Assembly (NCBI GenBank): GCA_963744715.1
Contig: CAVUUR010000009.1
Span: forward strand, 1 to 64,000
Length of the DNA stretch: 64,000 bases
DNA from: an uncultured bacterium
Lineage (GTDB): Bacteria > Babelota > Babeliae > Babelales > JACPOV01
Reading direction: 5' to 3'
Shown here: piece by piece, positions 41,032 through 60,071 of the stretch
Layout: each line of letters begins with the position of its first letter
How positions within the stretch are numbered: the first letter of the stretch is position 1
Translations under genes and position numbers: made by a program
The notes under the pieces: model-generated
Databases searched by the model: none
Told to the model about the DNA's origin: nothing
Seen by the model: the letters and a program-made list of their open reading frames with translations, nothing else

Positions 41032-41538
41032 ATGAATCGCCAGCAAAAAGAACAGATTATTGAATCATTAAAAAATAATCTTCATGCAAATAAATTATCA
41101 TTCGTTGTTGGTTACAAGGGTCTCAGCGTTGATAAATTAATGGCATTGAGAAGAAAATTGCAAAAAGGTGGCGCTATATTAAAAGTTGCTAAAGTTACTT
41201 TTATTAAGCGAGCTATTGAAGAATCTTCCGAAGCGAAAGCTTTAATGCCTTTTTTATCGAATCAAATAGCATTAGTATTTTCAAAAGAAGAATCGTCTGC
41301 CGTTGCTAAAACGTTACATGATTTTTCAAGAGATAATGAACAATTTCATCTTTTGGGTGGTTGTTTTGATAAGCAAGTTATGAATCCTGATTCAATAAAG
41401 GCATTTGCTTTGTTGCCATCAAGGGAAGTATTGTTGGGCCAATTGTGTGGTCTTTTAAAAGCTCCTGTTACTAAATTAGCAGTTGTTCTTAAAATGGCTT
41501 CTGAGCATTTGAATAAACAAACAGCTCAGGCAGAGTAA
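41032..41538 (+). CDS. rplJ: 50S ribosomal protein L10
   Basis: YKGLSV..L..LR, LPSREVLL; position between rplA and rplL. Confidence 0.95.
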   Translation: MNRQQKEQIIESLKNNLHANKLSFVVGYKGLSVDKLMALRRKLQKGGAILKVAKVTFIKRAIEESSEAKALMPFLSNQIALVFSKEESSAVAKTLHDFSRDNEQFHLLGGCFDKQVMNPDSIKAFALLPSREVLLGQLCGLLKAPVTKLAVVLKMASEHLNKQTAQAE

Positions 41539-41613
41539 AATTCTGTATAAATAAAATGATTTGAATGTGTATAGTTAGTTAATTATTTTGTAAATCGTAA
41601 GTGGAGAACTGCC

Positions 41614-42000
41614 ATGGCAGAAAAATCATACGATAAAATTGTTCAAGAAATTAGTAAGTTAACTGCTCTCGAGCTTAGTGGGCTTACGAAAGCTATTGAA
41701 GAAGCTTTTGGTGTATCAGCAGCTATGCCAGTAATGGGAGCCGGGGCAACTGCCGCAGCGCCTGAAGCAGCAAAAACTGAAGAACAAACTGCATTTAAGG
41801 TTACTCTTGAAGATCAAGGTCCTGATAAAATAAAAACTATTAAGGCTTTGCGTCAAGTAGTATCAACGTTGGGCTTGTCAGAAGCTAAGGCTGCTGTTGA
41901 AGGTGCACCAACAGTTATTGCTGAATCAGCTTCAAAAGCGGATGCAATGAAGATGAAAGAAACTTTAGAAGCTGCTGGAGCAAAAGTAAAATTATCTTAA
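41614..42000 (+). CDS. rplL: 50S ribosomal protein L7/L12
   Basis: IEEAFGVSAA, KIKTIKALR, LGLSEAK. Confidence 0.98.
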   Translation: MAEKSYDKIVQEISKLTALELSGLTKAIEEAFGVSAAMPVMGAGATAAAPEAAKTEEQTAFKVTLEDQGPDKIKTIKALRQVVSTLGLSEAKAAVEGAPTVIAESASKADAMKMKETLEAAGAKVKLS

Positions 42001-42017
42001 AAATGGCAATGGTGAAT

Positions 42018-42052
42018 TTTATGCGCATTTATAGATTATAAGTGCGCATAAA
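42018..42052 (+). promoter_or_regulatory. stem-loop between rplL and rpoB (attenuator or processing site candidate)
   Basis: tttatgcgcatttata / tataagtgcgcataaa 16-bp stem with one U-G. Confidence 0.5.
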
Positions 42053-42091
42053 GTATAAAAAAAATAAATCTTCGTACAGGGAGGCAGCTGC

Positions 42092-50545
<8,454 letters not shown>

Positions 50546-50557
50546 AGTATAATAAGA

Positions 50558-50632
50558 AGGCGCGTAGCTCAGCGGGAGAGCATTGCTTTGACGTAGCAAG
50601 GGTCAGCGGTTCAAATCCGCTCGCGCCTACCA
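50558..50632 (+). tRNA. tRNA-Val(GAC)
   Basis: AGGCGCG acceptor stem, loop TTGACGT, CCA end. Confidence 0.93.
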
Positions 50633-50675
50633 TGAGCGATGTTTATAATAATAATAACATATAGGGTATTTTAGG

Positions 50676-50942
50676 ATGGCAAAAAATTTGAAAAAAAATT
50701 CAATGGTTGAAAAATGCAAAAAGCATGAAAATGATACAGGATCAGTGGAAGTTCAAGTTGCTGCATTAACAGAAAGAATTGAATATCTATCTAATCATTT
50801 TAAAGAAAATCCTAAAGATTTTTCATCTAAACGAGGATTGCTTAAAATGGTTAGTAGACGACGCACGTATTTAAAACATGTTGAAAAAAATAATGAAAAA
50901 CTCTATAAACAACTTCTTACTGTTTTAGAGTTAAGAAAATAG
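50676..50942 (+). CDS. rpsO: 30S ribosomal protein S15
   Basis: DTGSVEVQVA.LT, KD.SS.RGLLKMV. Confidence 0.98.
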   Translation: MAKNLKKNSMVEKCKKHENDTGSVEVQVAALTERIEYLSNHFKENPKDFSSKRGLLKMVSRRRTYLKHVEKNNEKLYKQLLTVLELRK

Positions 50943-50981
50943 TTAACGATTGTTCTTTAATATATTAATAGGATTTATTTA

Positions 50982-53059
50982 ATGGTAAAAAAATTTACTT
51001 TAACCGATTTTGGTTATGAAGTTCAGTTAGGGAAATTTGCTCGTCAAGCAGATGGTGCGGTTTGGTTTCAACAAGGGGGAACGGTTATTTTAGCAACGGT
51101 TGTCTCTGCGCCTTCTCCAGATTTTCCCGGCTTTTTACCATTAACTATTGATTATCGAGAACAATTTGCTGCTGCTGGTAAAATACCGGGAGGTTATTAT
51201 AAGCGAGAAGGTAGATTTACTGATAAAGAAATTTTAACCGCTCGTTTAATTGATCGTGCTGTTCGTCCATTGTTTCCAGAAACATATTTTAATCAATTGC
51301 AAGTTTTGGTTACGGTTTACTCAGTTGATAAAGAGCATTCTCCTCACATTATTTCACTCATTGCTACCTCATTAGCAATTTCTATTTCTAAAATTCCTTT
51401 TTTAGGGCCTGTTGGGGCGATAGAAGTTGCTCGTATTAAGGGAGAATGGATTTTTAATCCTACGTATACACAAAGTCTTGAATCTGACGTTAAACTCATT
51501 ATTGCCGGTACCGAAGAAGGTATTTGTATGGTTGAAGGGTGCACTAATGAGATTACTGAAGATGAATTTCTTGATGTGCTCTTTAAAGCTCATGACAACA
51601 TTAAAAAGCAGGTTCTGTGGCAACAAGAAATTCAACGAGAAGTGGGAATACCAAAAGAATTAATTGATGAAAATATTGATTGGAAAGCATGGACCAATTA
51701 CGCAGAGGCATTCTTAACTAAAGAAAAAATAAATAGCTTATTTATTTCTGATAAAATAGAGCGATCGTAAAAAGATTAAAGAAACAGAAAAAGCATTTAT
51801 GGAAGAACATAAACAACGCGCTGAAGAAGAAAAAATTTCAGAAACCGTTGGAGAATATGTTTTTGATACCATATTAAAAAAGAAAATCACGAATTCAATT
51901 TTTGAACATGGTTATCGCATTGATAAACGTGCATTCGATCAGGTTCGTCCTATTTCAGTTGAAGTAGGCTTGTTACCATTTACGCATGGTTCTGCAGTTT
52001 TTAATCGTGGAAGAACGCAAGCGTTGGTAAGCATTACTATGGGTGGCGGACAAGATGAACAAAAAGTTGAAGATTTGATGGGCAATACGCTCGAAAAATC
52101 ATTTATGCTCCACTATAATTTCCCACCATTTTCTGCAGGCGAAGTTCGACCTATGCGCGGGCCTGGAAGACGTGAAGTAGGCCATGGTTACTTGGCAGCC
52201 TCAGCGCTTAATTTTGTACTTCCTAACAAAGATCAATTTCCTTATACCATTCGTGTTGTTGCAGATATTTTAGAATCTGATGGATCAACCTCAATGGCTA
52301 CCGTATGTGGCTCTACTATGGCATTAATGAATGCGGGTGTTCCCATTAGAAAAATGGTTAGTGGCGTAGCAATGGGATTGCTCAGTAGCTCAAAAGGAGA
52401 TTTCCAAGCTCTCACCGATATTAATGGTGATGAAGATGCCTATGGCTTAATGGATTTTAAAGTTTCTGGTACACAAGATGGTATCACCGCTATTCAGATG
52501 GATATTAAATATAAAGGTGGATTATCACGAGATATATTTCAAGGCGGCATTAGCGCAGGCCAAAACAGGTCGTCTTCATATTTTAGCGGAAATGCAAAAA
52601 GTAATGAGTAGCCCAAATCCAACATTATCAGATTTAGTTCCTAAAGTTATTTCATTTAAAATACCTACCGATAAAATTGGTGCTGTTATTGGTACCGGTG
52701 GTAAAACTATTCGTGAAATTATCGATAAAACCGGAACCTCTATAGATATTGAGAGTGATGGAACGGTTAAAATTTACGGGCAAGCTGATGCTAAATTAGA
52801 TATGGCCATTAATTGGGTTAAAACTCTAGGCGGACTGATTGACAAAGGAATGATCTACCATGGTAAAGTTAGACGAATTGCTGAGTTTGGGCTTTTTGTG
52901 GAACTTGTTCCTGGTCAAGATGGTCTTGTTCATATCTCTATGATTCCGCGAGCGCAACAAGCTAATTTGGCTAATGAATTTCCAATTGATAGCGATTTGA
53001 CCGTTGAAGTAATGGATTATGATCCAGCAACCGGCAGAATTAGATTAAAAATAGCGTAG
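50982..53059 (+). CDS. pnp: polyribonucleotide nucleotidyltransferase (two frameshifts)
   Basis: [39 protein letters not shown] and S1 domains. Confidence 0.96.
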
Positions 53060-53095
53060 TATTTGGCTATACATATTTCAAAGGAAACTTTTTGT

Positions 53096-53905
53096 ATGCA
53101 AAGAGCCAATAATCGGGATTATGATCAAGTAAGGCCATTGCGTATTGTATACGATATTTTTGAATACGCAGATGGTTCAGTGCTGTTGGAAATTGGTAAA
53201 ACTCGTGTATTATGTGCCGTTTCTATTGCGCCCGGTGTTCCCCATTTTTTACGTGGAAAAAATCAAGGATGGCTTACTGCAGGATATGCATTACTGCCTA
53301 CTTCTACTAAAACACGGGTCGAACGAGAATCGATGGGAAAACGAAACGATCGATCAATTGAAATATCTCGGTTAATCGGCCGTGTTTTGCGATCAGTTAC
53401 ATCGTTAGATAATATCGGTGAACGCACTATTTACATTGATTGTGATGTTATGCAGGCTGATGGCGGAACCAGAACAGCGTCTATCACCGGTGCTTGTTTA
53501 GCGTTGAAAATTGCTCAGCAAAAATGGTTATCTTCAGGAATTATTGAACAACCAGTTTTGACGGATGATGTGGCGGGCATATCAGTTGGTTTTGTTGATG
53601 GATATACACTTCTTGATTTAGATTTTATCGAAGACAGCCAAGCAGAAGCGGATTTCAATTTTATTTTTACTAAAACTGGAAACATCGTAGAGATACAAGG
53701 TACTGCTGAACGGAATCCAATTCCATGGGATACGTTTGATATGATGAAAAAATTGGCATACCAAGGGGCGCAGGATATTTTTGCGCATATTGCAGCATTA
53801 TCTACGGTAACTGCGGTTAGGTCAAACGCTACGATCATACCGGCAACGTATGATGATCATGATGCTTTTTTTAAACCTTCTGTAAGAACCGATAAACCAT
53901 TATAA
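53096..53905 (+). CDS. rph: ribonuclease PH
   Basis: GWLTAGY.LLP, EISRLIGR, DCDV.QADGGTRTASITG, EIQGTAE. Confidence 0.95.
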   Translation: MQRANNRDYDQVRPLRIVYDIFEYADGSVLLEIGKTRVLCAVSIAPGVPHFLRGKNQGWLTAGYALLPTSTKTRVERESMGKRNDRSIEISRLIGRVLRSVTSLDNIGERTIYIDCDVMQADGGTRTASITGACLALKIAQQKWLSSGIIEQPVLTDDVAGISVGFVDGYTLLDLDFIEDSQAEADFNFIFTKTGNIVEIQGTAERNPIPWDTFDMMKKLAYQGAQDIFAHIAALSTVTAVRSNATIIPATYDDHDAFFKPSVRTDKPL

Positions 53906-53947
53906 TATATAGTTGATTAGGTTTATTTTTATTACTTGAAGTGTGCT

Positions 53948-54916
53948 ATGGATGTAACCAATTTTTTACGTGCTTTAGAAAAAAATGAGATGATCGATTA
54001 TTCAGTAGTTTGCTTTACTGGATCTTCGTATCCTTTGTTATTTTTTTCACTTGTTATTAATAGACTTCGTCAGCATTACGGTGATCGTGTTAAAAAAATA
54101 GAAGCTGCGCAGTTTGATAATTCATCCATACAGGCGTCATTAAATATCTCATTTTTAGGTCAAACATTATTGTATTGGTGTGGCGATAGTAAACAAGTTG
54201 CTGCGAGTAAAAGTAAGCAATTTTTAGCTGATATTAAGTATTATGAAGGGCCACACTCGGTCTGGTTTTTTACTGATACGTGGGAACATACACCCAATGC
54301 AAAACAATGTATTATTCAATTGCATGAAATTGACAAAGCCCAGACAATGGATATTATTCGCGTATTAATGCCAGAGTTGCAGGATTATTCGTTAATTACG
54401 TATGTTTTTGAAAAAAAGGCAATGTTGACATTAGAAACCGTTTGTTTGTTACTGCATTATTCTTTTTTGATTGGCAGAAAACAACTGCCTGAGTTTACGA
54501 CAACCTTACTCGATAAAATTATAGTTCCAGAACAATCATTATTTACCCTCAGTACCCATTTTTTTGCAAAAAACCCAACCTTATTTTTTCAAGTGTGGCG
54601 TGCTATTGAGCATGATTATGTACCACTTTTTTGGATTTCATTTTGGTCTGATCAACTTTTTAGAGCAAGTAATTTTATTGCGCTGACTAAACAAAAAAAT
54701 CTCACCGAAGCAAAAAAAATTGCGCATAAACTTCCTTTTACCTTTATTAAACGTGATTGGCAAAAAGTAACCATTAAAGAATTAAATGCTGCACATAATA
54801 CTCTTTATCATCTAGATTACACGTTAAAACAAGGTGGTTCAGAGCATTTTTTAAATCTTTTTTTTGTAAACTTTTTTTCTAATACTAGTCACACAAAATA
54901 CATTGATGGTATGTAA
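53948..54916 (+). CDS. possible DNA polymerase III delta subunit (HolA-like)
   Basis: About 320 aa; S-F-L-G segment and C-terminal L..LDY.LKQG resemble HolA; weak. Confidence 0.5.
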   Translation: MDVTNFLRALEKNEMIDYSVVCFTGSSYPLLFFSLVINRLRQHYGDRVKKIEAAQFDNSSIQASLNISFLGQTLLYWCGDSKQVAASKSKQFLADIKYYEGPHSVWFFTDTWEHTPNAKQCIIQLHEIDKAQTMDIIRVLMPELQDYSLITYVFEKKAMLTLETVCLLLHYSFLIGRKQLPEFTTTLLDKIIVPEQSLFTLSTHFFAKNPTLFFQVWRAIEHDYVPLFWISFWSDQLFRASNFIALTKQKNLTEAKKIAHKLPFTFIKRDWQKVTIKELNAAHNTLYHLDYTLKQGGSEHFLNLFFVNFFSNTSHTKYIDGM

Positions 54917-54997
54917 GTTAACCACTCTGTTATTTTATTCGATACCTATGCTATACTTATGCGGTATAGTATTAAGTAAAAAATTTAGGGGTAATTA

Positions 54998-55294
54998 GTG
55001 GTACGCATTCGATATGTATTAGTGTATTTTTTGTGTTCTATGCAGACTATGGTGAGTATGAATTTTTCGGAATTACATGTTAATTCCAATCAAGATGAGA
55101 AATGTCTAGATGTGCGTACAGAACTACCTTGTAACAGTGTTATTAAAATTATTGATGTAAATTTTCTTAAGTGTGTAATTATTGATGATTATGCACCATA
55201 TGAAAAACTTGATGGTTATGATTTTGGTGCAGCAAATAATGGTAAACCAGCATTAATTCCTCGTTATCGTTATATAACAGAAGTTAACTCATAA
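54998..55294 (+). CDS. small secreted hypothetical protein
   Basis: GTG start with RBS, hydrophobic N-terminus. Confidence 0.5.
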   Translation: MVRIRYVLVYFLCSMQTMVSMNFSELHVNSNQDEKCLDVRTELPCNSVIKIIDVNFLKCVIIDDYAPYEKLDGYDFGAANNGKPALIPRYRYITEVNS

Positions 55295-55467
55295 GCCTTT
55301 TTGCCAAAGTATCTAGACATTTTTTAAAAAACAATCTACAATCATCCCTGCTTAGATTATCACTATGAAATATTTGTAATAATAGGCGCTTGATTATACT
55401 TATATTTATGGTATAATTAATTGCATAATAGAATTAATTTAAGATACAGGGAACGTGAGGGAACGCA

Positions 55468-56412
55468 ATGAATAGAATACACATAAACACCATATTATAC
55501 ATCTGCTTGGTAGCTATGCCCTTTGCTAGCGCAATGAGTGATAAACCTACAAGAAATTATACTCAAAGTGAACGAGTTAGGGATTTTTTACAAGAACAGG
55601 CTAATATCTGTGGTAAAGGACCTATTTTTCTTGCAGAAGATCATGATATACGTGATAGCGCTGAATTACCGGAATATCGGGGCATTTTAGCTGGTAAAAG
55701 AACATTTAAGCAACGCTTTTTTATGGAAGAACCGGCTTACGATATTGCTATTTCTCCTGAGTTTACCAAAAGATTAGAAAAGGCATTTATGGTATATAAT
55801 CGTTCTGAAGGAAAAAATCAGAAGGCCAAGGAATTTATTGGGCGATCAGCCATACAAATTAGGCAAAATTTAGGCAAAGTGGAATACGATAGGTCCTATA
55901 AAAATACTCTTAAAGAATTCGCTTTTGTTGGAGTAACAACGGCCCTTATAGGGATAACCACTAACTGTGTGGGTCTCCTAATGAAAAAAAATAATGATCA
56001 AGGTGATGAAAAGAAACTGGCATTATCGAGTGTTGAAAAATTGATTTATTCGGGCGTGGGATTAGGACTAAGTTACCTGTTTAATAATAATATTGCAGCT
56101 CCTCTCTATAATAAGTATAAAGAGCGAAAAGCTGATGAGTTTGCAATTGCTCATACTACAGAAGCAGATTTTATAAAGATGGCAGCGGATTATTATAGTA
56201 ATGAGTATGATAAAGAGATCAAATCCGTTTATAATGAAATATATTATTTTTCTCCTGGATTTAAAACGGAAAGTCCTGATCAAATATCTCAAGAAACCCA
56301 AAAGTTTAAAGAATTTGTAAACAGTTGGGGATATGGAAATTTTTCAAGCAATCGTGCTCATTATGAAAGATTTGCTAGAGCTGCTGAAAAACTAATGAAG
56401 CAAAATAATTAA
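55468..56412 (+). CDS. secreted/membrane hypothetical protein, degenerate M48 peptidase-like
   Basis: Signal peptide, two TM segments, ERKADEFA motif; no HExxH. Confidence 0.6.
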   Translation: MNRIHINTILYICLVAMPFASAMSDKPTRNYTQSERVRDFLQEQANICGKGPIFLAEDHDIRDSAELPEYRGILAGKRTFKQRFFMEEPAYDIAISPEFTKRLEKAFMVYNRSEGKNQKAKEFIGRSAIQIRQNLGKVEYDRSYKNTLKEFAFVGVTTALIGITTNCVGLLMKKNNDQGDEKKLALSSVEKLIYSGVGLGLSYLFNNNIAAPLYNKYKERKADEFAIAHTTEADFIKMAADYYSNEYDKEIKSVYNEIYYFSPGFKTESPDQISQETQKFKEFVNSWGYGNFSSNRAHYERFARAAEKLMKQNN

Positions 56413-56414
56413 TT

Positions 56415-57056
56415 TTATCCTTGCGAATACTTTTTTGAAAATCGTTCTGGTTGCACAATGCCACCTGAAATGATTAAAGACATTGCCTCTTGCCTGGTTA
56501 AATCAATTACCTTAAATTCACCATCGGGAACTGAAATTAAAAATCCGGTTGTTGGGTTTGGCGTTGTTGGAATAAAAATTTTGTAATATTTTTTATCGGG
56601 GTTTGGTGCCAATGCTGGCGGTACTTCACTGGTTAAAAATCCAATACTATAAATGCCATTGCGCGGAAATTCAATTAAAACAACCTTTTGAAACGTTAAT
56701 TTATCAGGTACCGTAAATGCTTGTACGAGTTGTTTAATGCCTGAATATACCGGATTAAATAAGGGTATCTTAAGAAGCATTGCTTCAACCATATGATAAA
56801 ATGCTTTCAAAAAGAAAAATCTAAAAATCGCGCCGATGATAAAAATAAAAATGATTACCAATAGTATTTCTGAATGGGGAATTTGTTGTAAATACAATGG
56901 TTCAAGTCGGTAGATAGGGGTTAACCAGCCCTTTAAGATACGCAATAGAAATATAAAAACTGCCAGGGTGAGGGTGATGGGTAAAAGAATTAAAAGGCCA
57001 TTTAAAAAAATTGCTTTTGTAGTATCAACTAATTTTATTAACCACGATCTAATCAT
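56415..57056 (-). CDS. DUF502-family membrane protein
   Basis: GLLILLPITLT, KIPL...YS..KQL, FIPTTPNPTTGF, IISGG. Confidence 0.9.
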   Translation of the reverse strand: MIRSWLIKLVDTTKAIFLNGLLILLPITLTLAVFIFLLRILKGWLTPIYRLEPLYLQQIPHSEILLVIIFIFIIGAIFRFFFLKAFYHMVEAMLLKIPLFNPVYSGIKQLVQAFTVPDKLTFQKVVLIEFPRNGIYSIGFLTSEVPPALAPNPDKKYYKIFIPTTPNPTTGFLISVPDGEFKVIDLTRQEAMSLIISGGIVQPERFSKKYSQG

Positions 57057-57076
57057 GAGATATCCCTTGTAACTAT

Positions 57077-58399
57077 TTATGAAATTTCTTGTAATAATGT
57101 TTTTGATAGTGATGTACCAATCATATGCGCATGATCGCAATCATCATCTTCTATCATAATACGTAATAATGGTTCTGTCCCGGAATAACGAACAACTAAA
57201 CGACCAACATGTAGTTGTTTGGTACTTTCGGCAATAAGATCAGCGATCGGTGAACTTGCTAAATCTTTTTTTATTTTTACCGGCAAATTAATAATAACTT
57301 GAGGAAACTTGGTAAACGTTTTCATTTCCCAATTATCACTTTTCTGTATTGCTTGTACGGTTCTCAGCGCCGTAAAAATGCCATCACCAGTTGGTAAATA
57401 ATCGTACATAATTATATGCCCAGATGGTTCTCCGCCCAGTAATAATCCGTTATGTGATAAATGCTCGGCAATAAATTTATCACCAACAGCAGTGCGCACC
57501 AATTGTTTATGGTTATTTCGTAGAAAAATTTCAAAACCTTGATTGCTCATAACCGTGCCAACAACTACTGGGCAAGCATCATAAGGTTGTAGCGTACTTA
57601 GCAATGCCAACATATCATCACCATTTTTTATTTGTCCATATTTATTAACGGCAATCACTCTATCGCCATCCCCGTCAAAAGCGAACCCAATCGTAGCTTG
57701 CTGGCTAATAACGGTTTGTTGTAATGTGTCGGGAAACAAACTACCACATTGTTTATTGATATTAATACCATTGGGATAATCATGCAAAATAGTAACGTGC
57801 GCCCCTAAACGCTCAAAAATTATCGGTGCTACTTTATACGTTGCACCATGAGCACAGTCAAGAACAATCTTATTTCCTTGTAAAAAATTTTTGGGGAATA
57901 GTGAAACGAGATTATTAATGTACCGTTCGGAGGCATCAGAAAAAGGTTTTTCTACGCCAAGCGTTGCATATTGTTCATTAAACATTTGATTATAAAATAT
58001 ATCAGTTATGATTTGTTCATCAGCACCAGATAATTTACCGGTAGTGGTGTCGATAATTTTTATACCATTATCTTGATACGGATTATGAGAAGCGGAAATA
58101 ATAATACCACAATCAAATTGTTTATCTAATTGCATTAGGCGCAATACTGCAGGAGATGGTAAAATATGGGCATCATAAAGATGTATTGGTGATAATAACA
58201 AACCACTTTTTAATGAAGATTTTACCAGTGAACAAGAAATCCGTGTATCATGCGCTAATAAAAACGTAGGATGAGCGCCATATTTTTGTTGCGCCCAACG
58301 TGCGATAGCATTTCCCAATTTAATTAATGAATAATTAGTAAATGGCTCATTACCAACAGTTCCTCTAATACCATCAGTGCCAAAAAGCGAATAGGTCAT
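57077..58399 (-). CDS. glmM: phosphoglucosamine mutase
   Basis: FGTDGIRG, ISASHNPYQDNGIK, FDGDGDR, GGEPSGH, RYSGTEP. Confidence 0.96.
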   Translation of the reverse strand: MTYSLFGTDGIRGTVGNEPFTNYSLIKLGNAIARWAQQKYGAHPTFLLAHDTRISCSLVKSSLKSGLLLSPIHLYDAHILPSPAVLRLMQLDKQFDCGIIISASHNPYQDNGIKIIDTTTGKLSGADEQIITDIFYNQMFNEQYATLGVEKPFSDASERYINNLVSLFPKNFLQGNKIVLDCAHGATYKVAPIIFERLGAHVTILHDYPNGININKQCGSLFPDTLQQTVISQQATIGFAFDGDGDRVIAVNKYGQIKNGDDMLALLSTLQPYDACPVVVGTVMSNQGFEIFLRNNHKQLVRTAVGDKFIAEHLSHNGLLLGGEPSGHIIMYDYLPTGDGIFTALRTVQAIQKSDNWEMKTFTKFPQVIINLPVKIKKDLASSPIADLIAESTKQLHVGRLVVRYSGTEPLLRIMIEDDDCDHAHMIGTSLSKTLLQEIS

Positions 58400-58791
58400 G
58401 GTAGGTCCTGCTTCAATGATATAATTATTGGTACTAGTAATGGAGAATAGTGTAACAATTTAAGCGTAGGAGGTAAAAATAAATTATTTTCAGTAAGCAC
58501 GACCAAATTTTTACCAACGTTTAGTGATTCTCTGTCAAGATGAATATCGCAATGGTGCGTTATGTAATAATGAATATCCGATCGTCTTCCTTGCATCGTA
58601 ATAGTAACCAGTGGCGGAGCTTGTAAAGATTCCTGTTCCTGCGTGTTATACACATATACATGAAATGGCAGTGATACCGTAATAACGGTTGATTGACTAA
58701 ATAAATACCATAATGAATACCCAGCTGCACAAGCGAGTACGTTAAGGAGCGATCTGCTCGTTAATTCTTTGTTGAGGTTGATTAGTTTCAT
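58396..58791 (-). CDS. short CdaR/YbbR-like protein
   Basis: N-terminal TM ending LW, one beta-rich domain, position between cdaA-like gene and glmM. Confidence 0.6.
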   Translation of the reverse strand: MKLINLNKELTSRSLLNVLACAAGYSLWYLFSQSTVITVSLPFHVYVYNTQEQESLQAPPLVTITMQGRRSDIHYYITHHCDIHLDRESLNVGKNLVVLTENNLFLPPTLKLLHYSPLLVPIIISLKQDLP

Positions 58792-59607
58792 GGCGACGTT
58801 CTCCCTGTTTTGCTTCCTCTAATGAATAATGAAGATATTGTTTAATAATCGAAATTGCTGCATGGCTTGCTACATTTTCAATAAATTTACCGTGCGCAAT
58901 AATAGTTAATCCATGGCTCGTTGGATTACCGATTAGAACTATAGCATCGGTTTTTTTAGTTAGCACTAACAACGAAGCTATCGTTTGATGATGAGCTGTG
59001 TTTGTTTGGTGCCATATTGGATGCTGATTTTCTGTGACCTGAGTATTATAAGCCATTATAGTTCCGGTATGTTGTAACCATAGTAATTTTGTTTGATCAT
59101 AAGAAGAATTTTCGATGATAAGATTGAGCAGATGTTCGTGTATAGGTGCTGATACATAATAATCGGTTTGCAAAAATGCAGATAGTGCATCATGATGTTC
59201 AATAATGCACACCATTGATTTGTTATACGCTTTTGCTTGTAACGTTGTGCGAATTAATACAGGAACCCAATCGTGTATTTTTTTTGTTGAGGCAGGAATT
59301 ATTGTTTTTGTGGCAACAAAATTTCGTTGTAGGAGTTCTTGGTGAAAAAGAATAAATATCATGAATATGCACGGTAGATATACGATTAAAACCGTAGTAA
59401 GCGTTGTCAAATTGAGCAGCGATGCTAAACAACCTATACCCAGTACCATATACAATCCAGGAAGAAGCTTTTTGGTATGATCGCGATTGAGCCATATAAA
59501 AATGGCACGAATGCTGAAAATAAAAATTATAATTTCAATAATATCTTTGGTATAAAAAACAGCTAAATGAGTACAAAAAATGGTAATATGCTATCGATAG
59601 AGAACAT
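58742..59607 (-). CDS. CdaA-like (DisA_N/DAC) membrane protein lacking catalytic motifs; frameshift near the 5' end
   Basis: KDIIEI plus 3 TMs, LFHQELLQR, CIIE...L, TDAIVLI; synteny with cdaR-glmM; ATG 59607 with aaggag RBS. Confidence 0.7.
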
Positions 59608-59714
59608 ACAAACTCCTTCTTTTTTTGAATTAGTATACTTTATTTTATTATTTTTGTATCAAATAAAATACTATAATGAAGCGGTAACAAATCAATATTA
59701 TTGCGGGAGATAGT

Positions 59715-60035
59715 ATGATTAAAAAATATTTTTTATTGAGTATAACAATATTTTTTTGCCATGCATTGCATGGGATGAAATGCATAACGGTGCATAATAA
59801 ACTGCCTAATACCATTATGCTTACTTATAGTAGCCCTGATGCCGGTTTCTTGGGCGCTCATGTATTAATTGAACAAACGATGACCCTTAAATCAAATCAA
59901 TCTGAACGTATTATGATAAGTCCAAACCAACCGCCTACTATGTATACGCTGATAGAAAATAATGCGCAACGACAACAAAAAGTAGTAAAAATGCAGCTAC
60001 CAAAAGAAGATAATGGTGTTATTATAATTGAATAG
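59715..60035 (+). CDS. small secreted hypothetical protein
   Basis: Signal peptide ending LHG-M, RBS gggag. Confidence 0.65.
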   Translation: MIKKYFLLSITIFFCHALHGMKCITVHNKLPNTIMLTYSSPDAGFLGAHVLIEQTMTLKSNQSERIMISPNQPPTMYTLIENNAQRQQKVVKMQLPKEDNGVIIIE

Positions 60036-60071
60036 GTAGCTATAAATGTACATGTATACGATAAGGAAATT

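Noticed and set aside
55449..55465. Short direct repeat gggaacg upstream of 55468
   Set aside because: Only 7 bp twice, overlapping the RBS; insufficient evidence for an operator.
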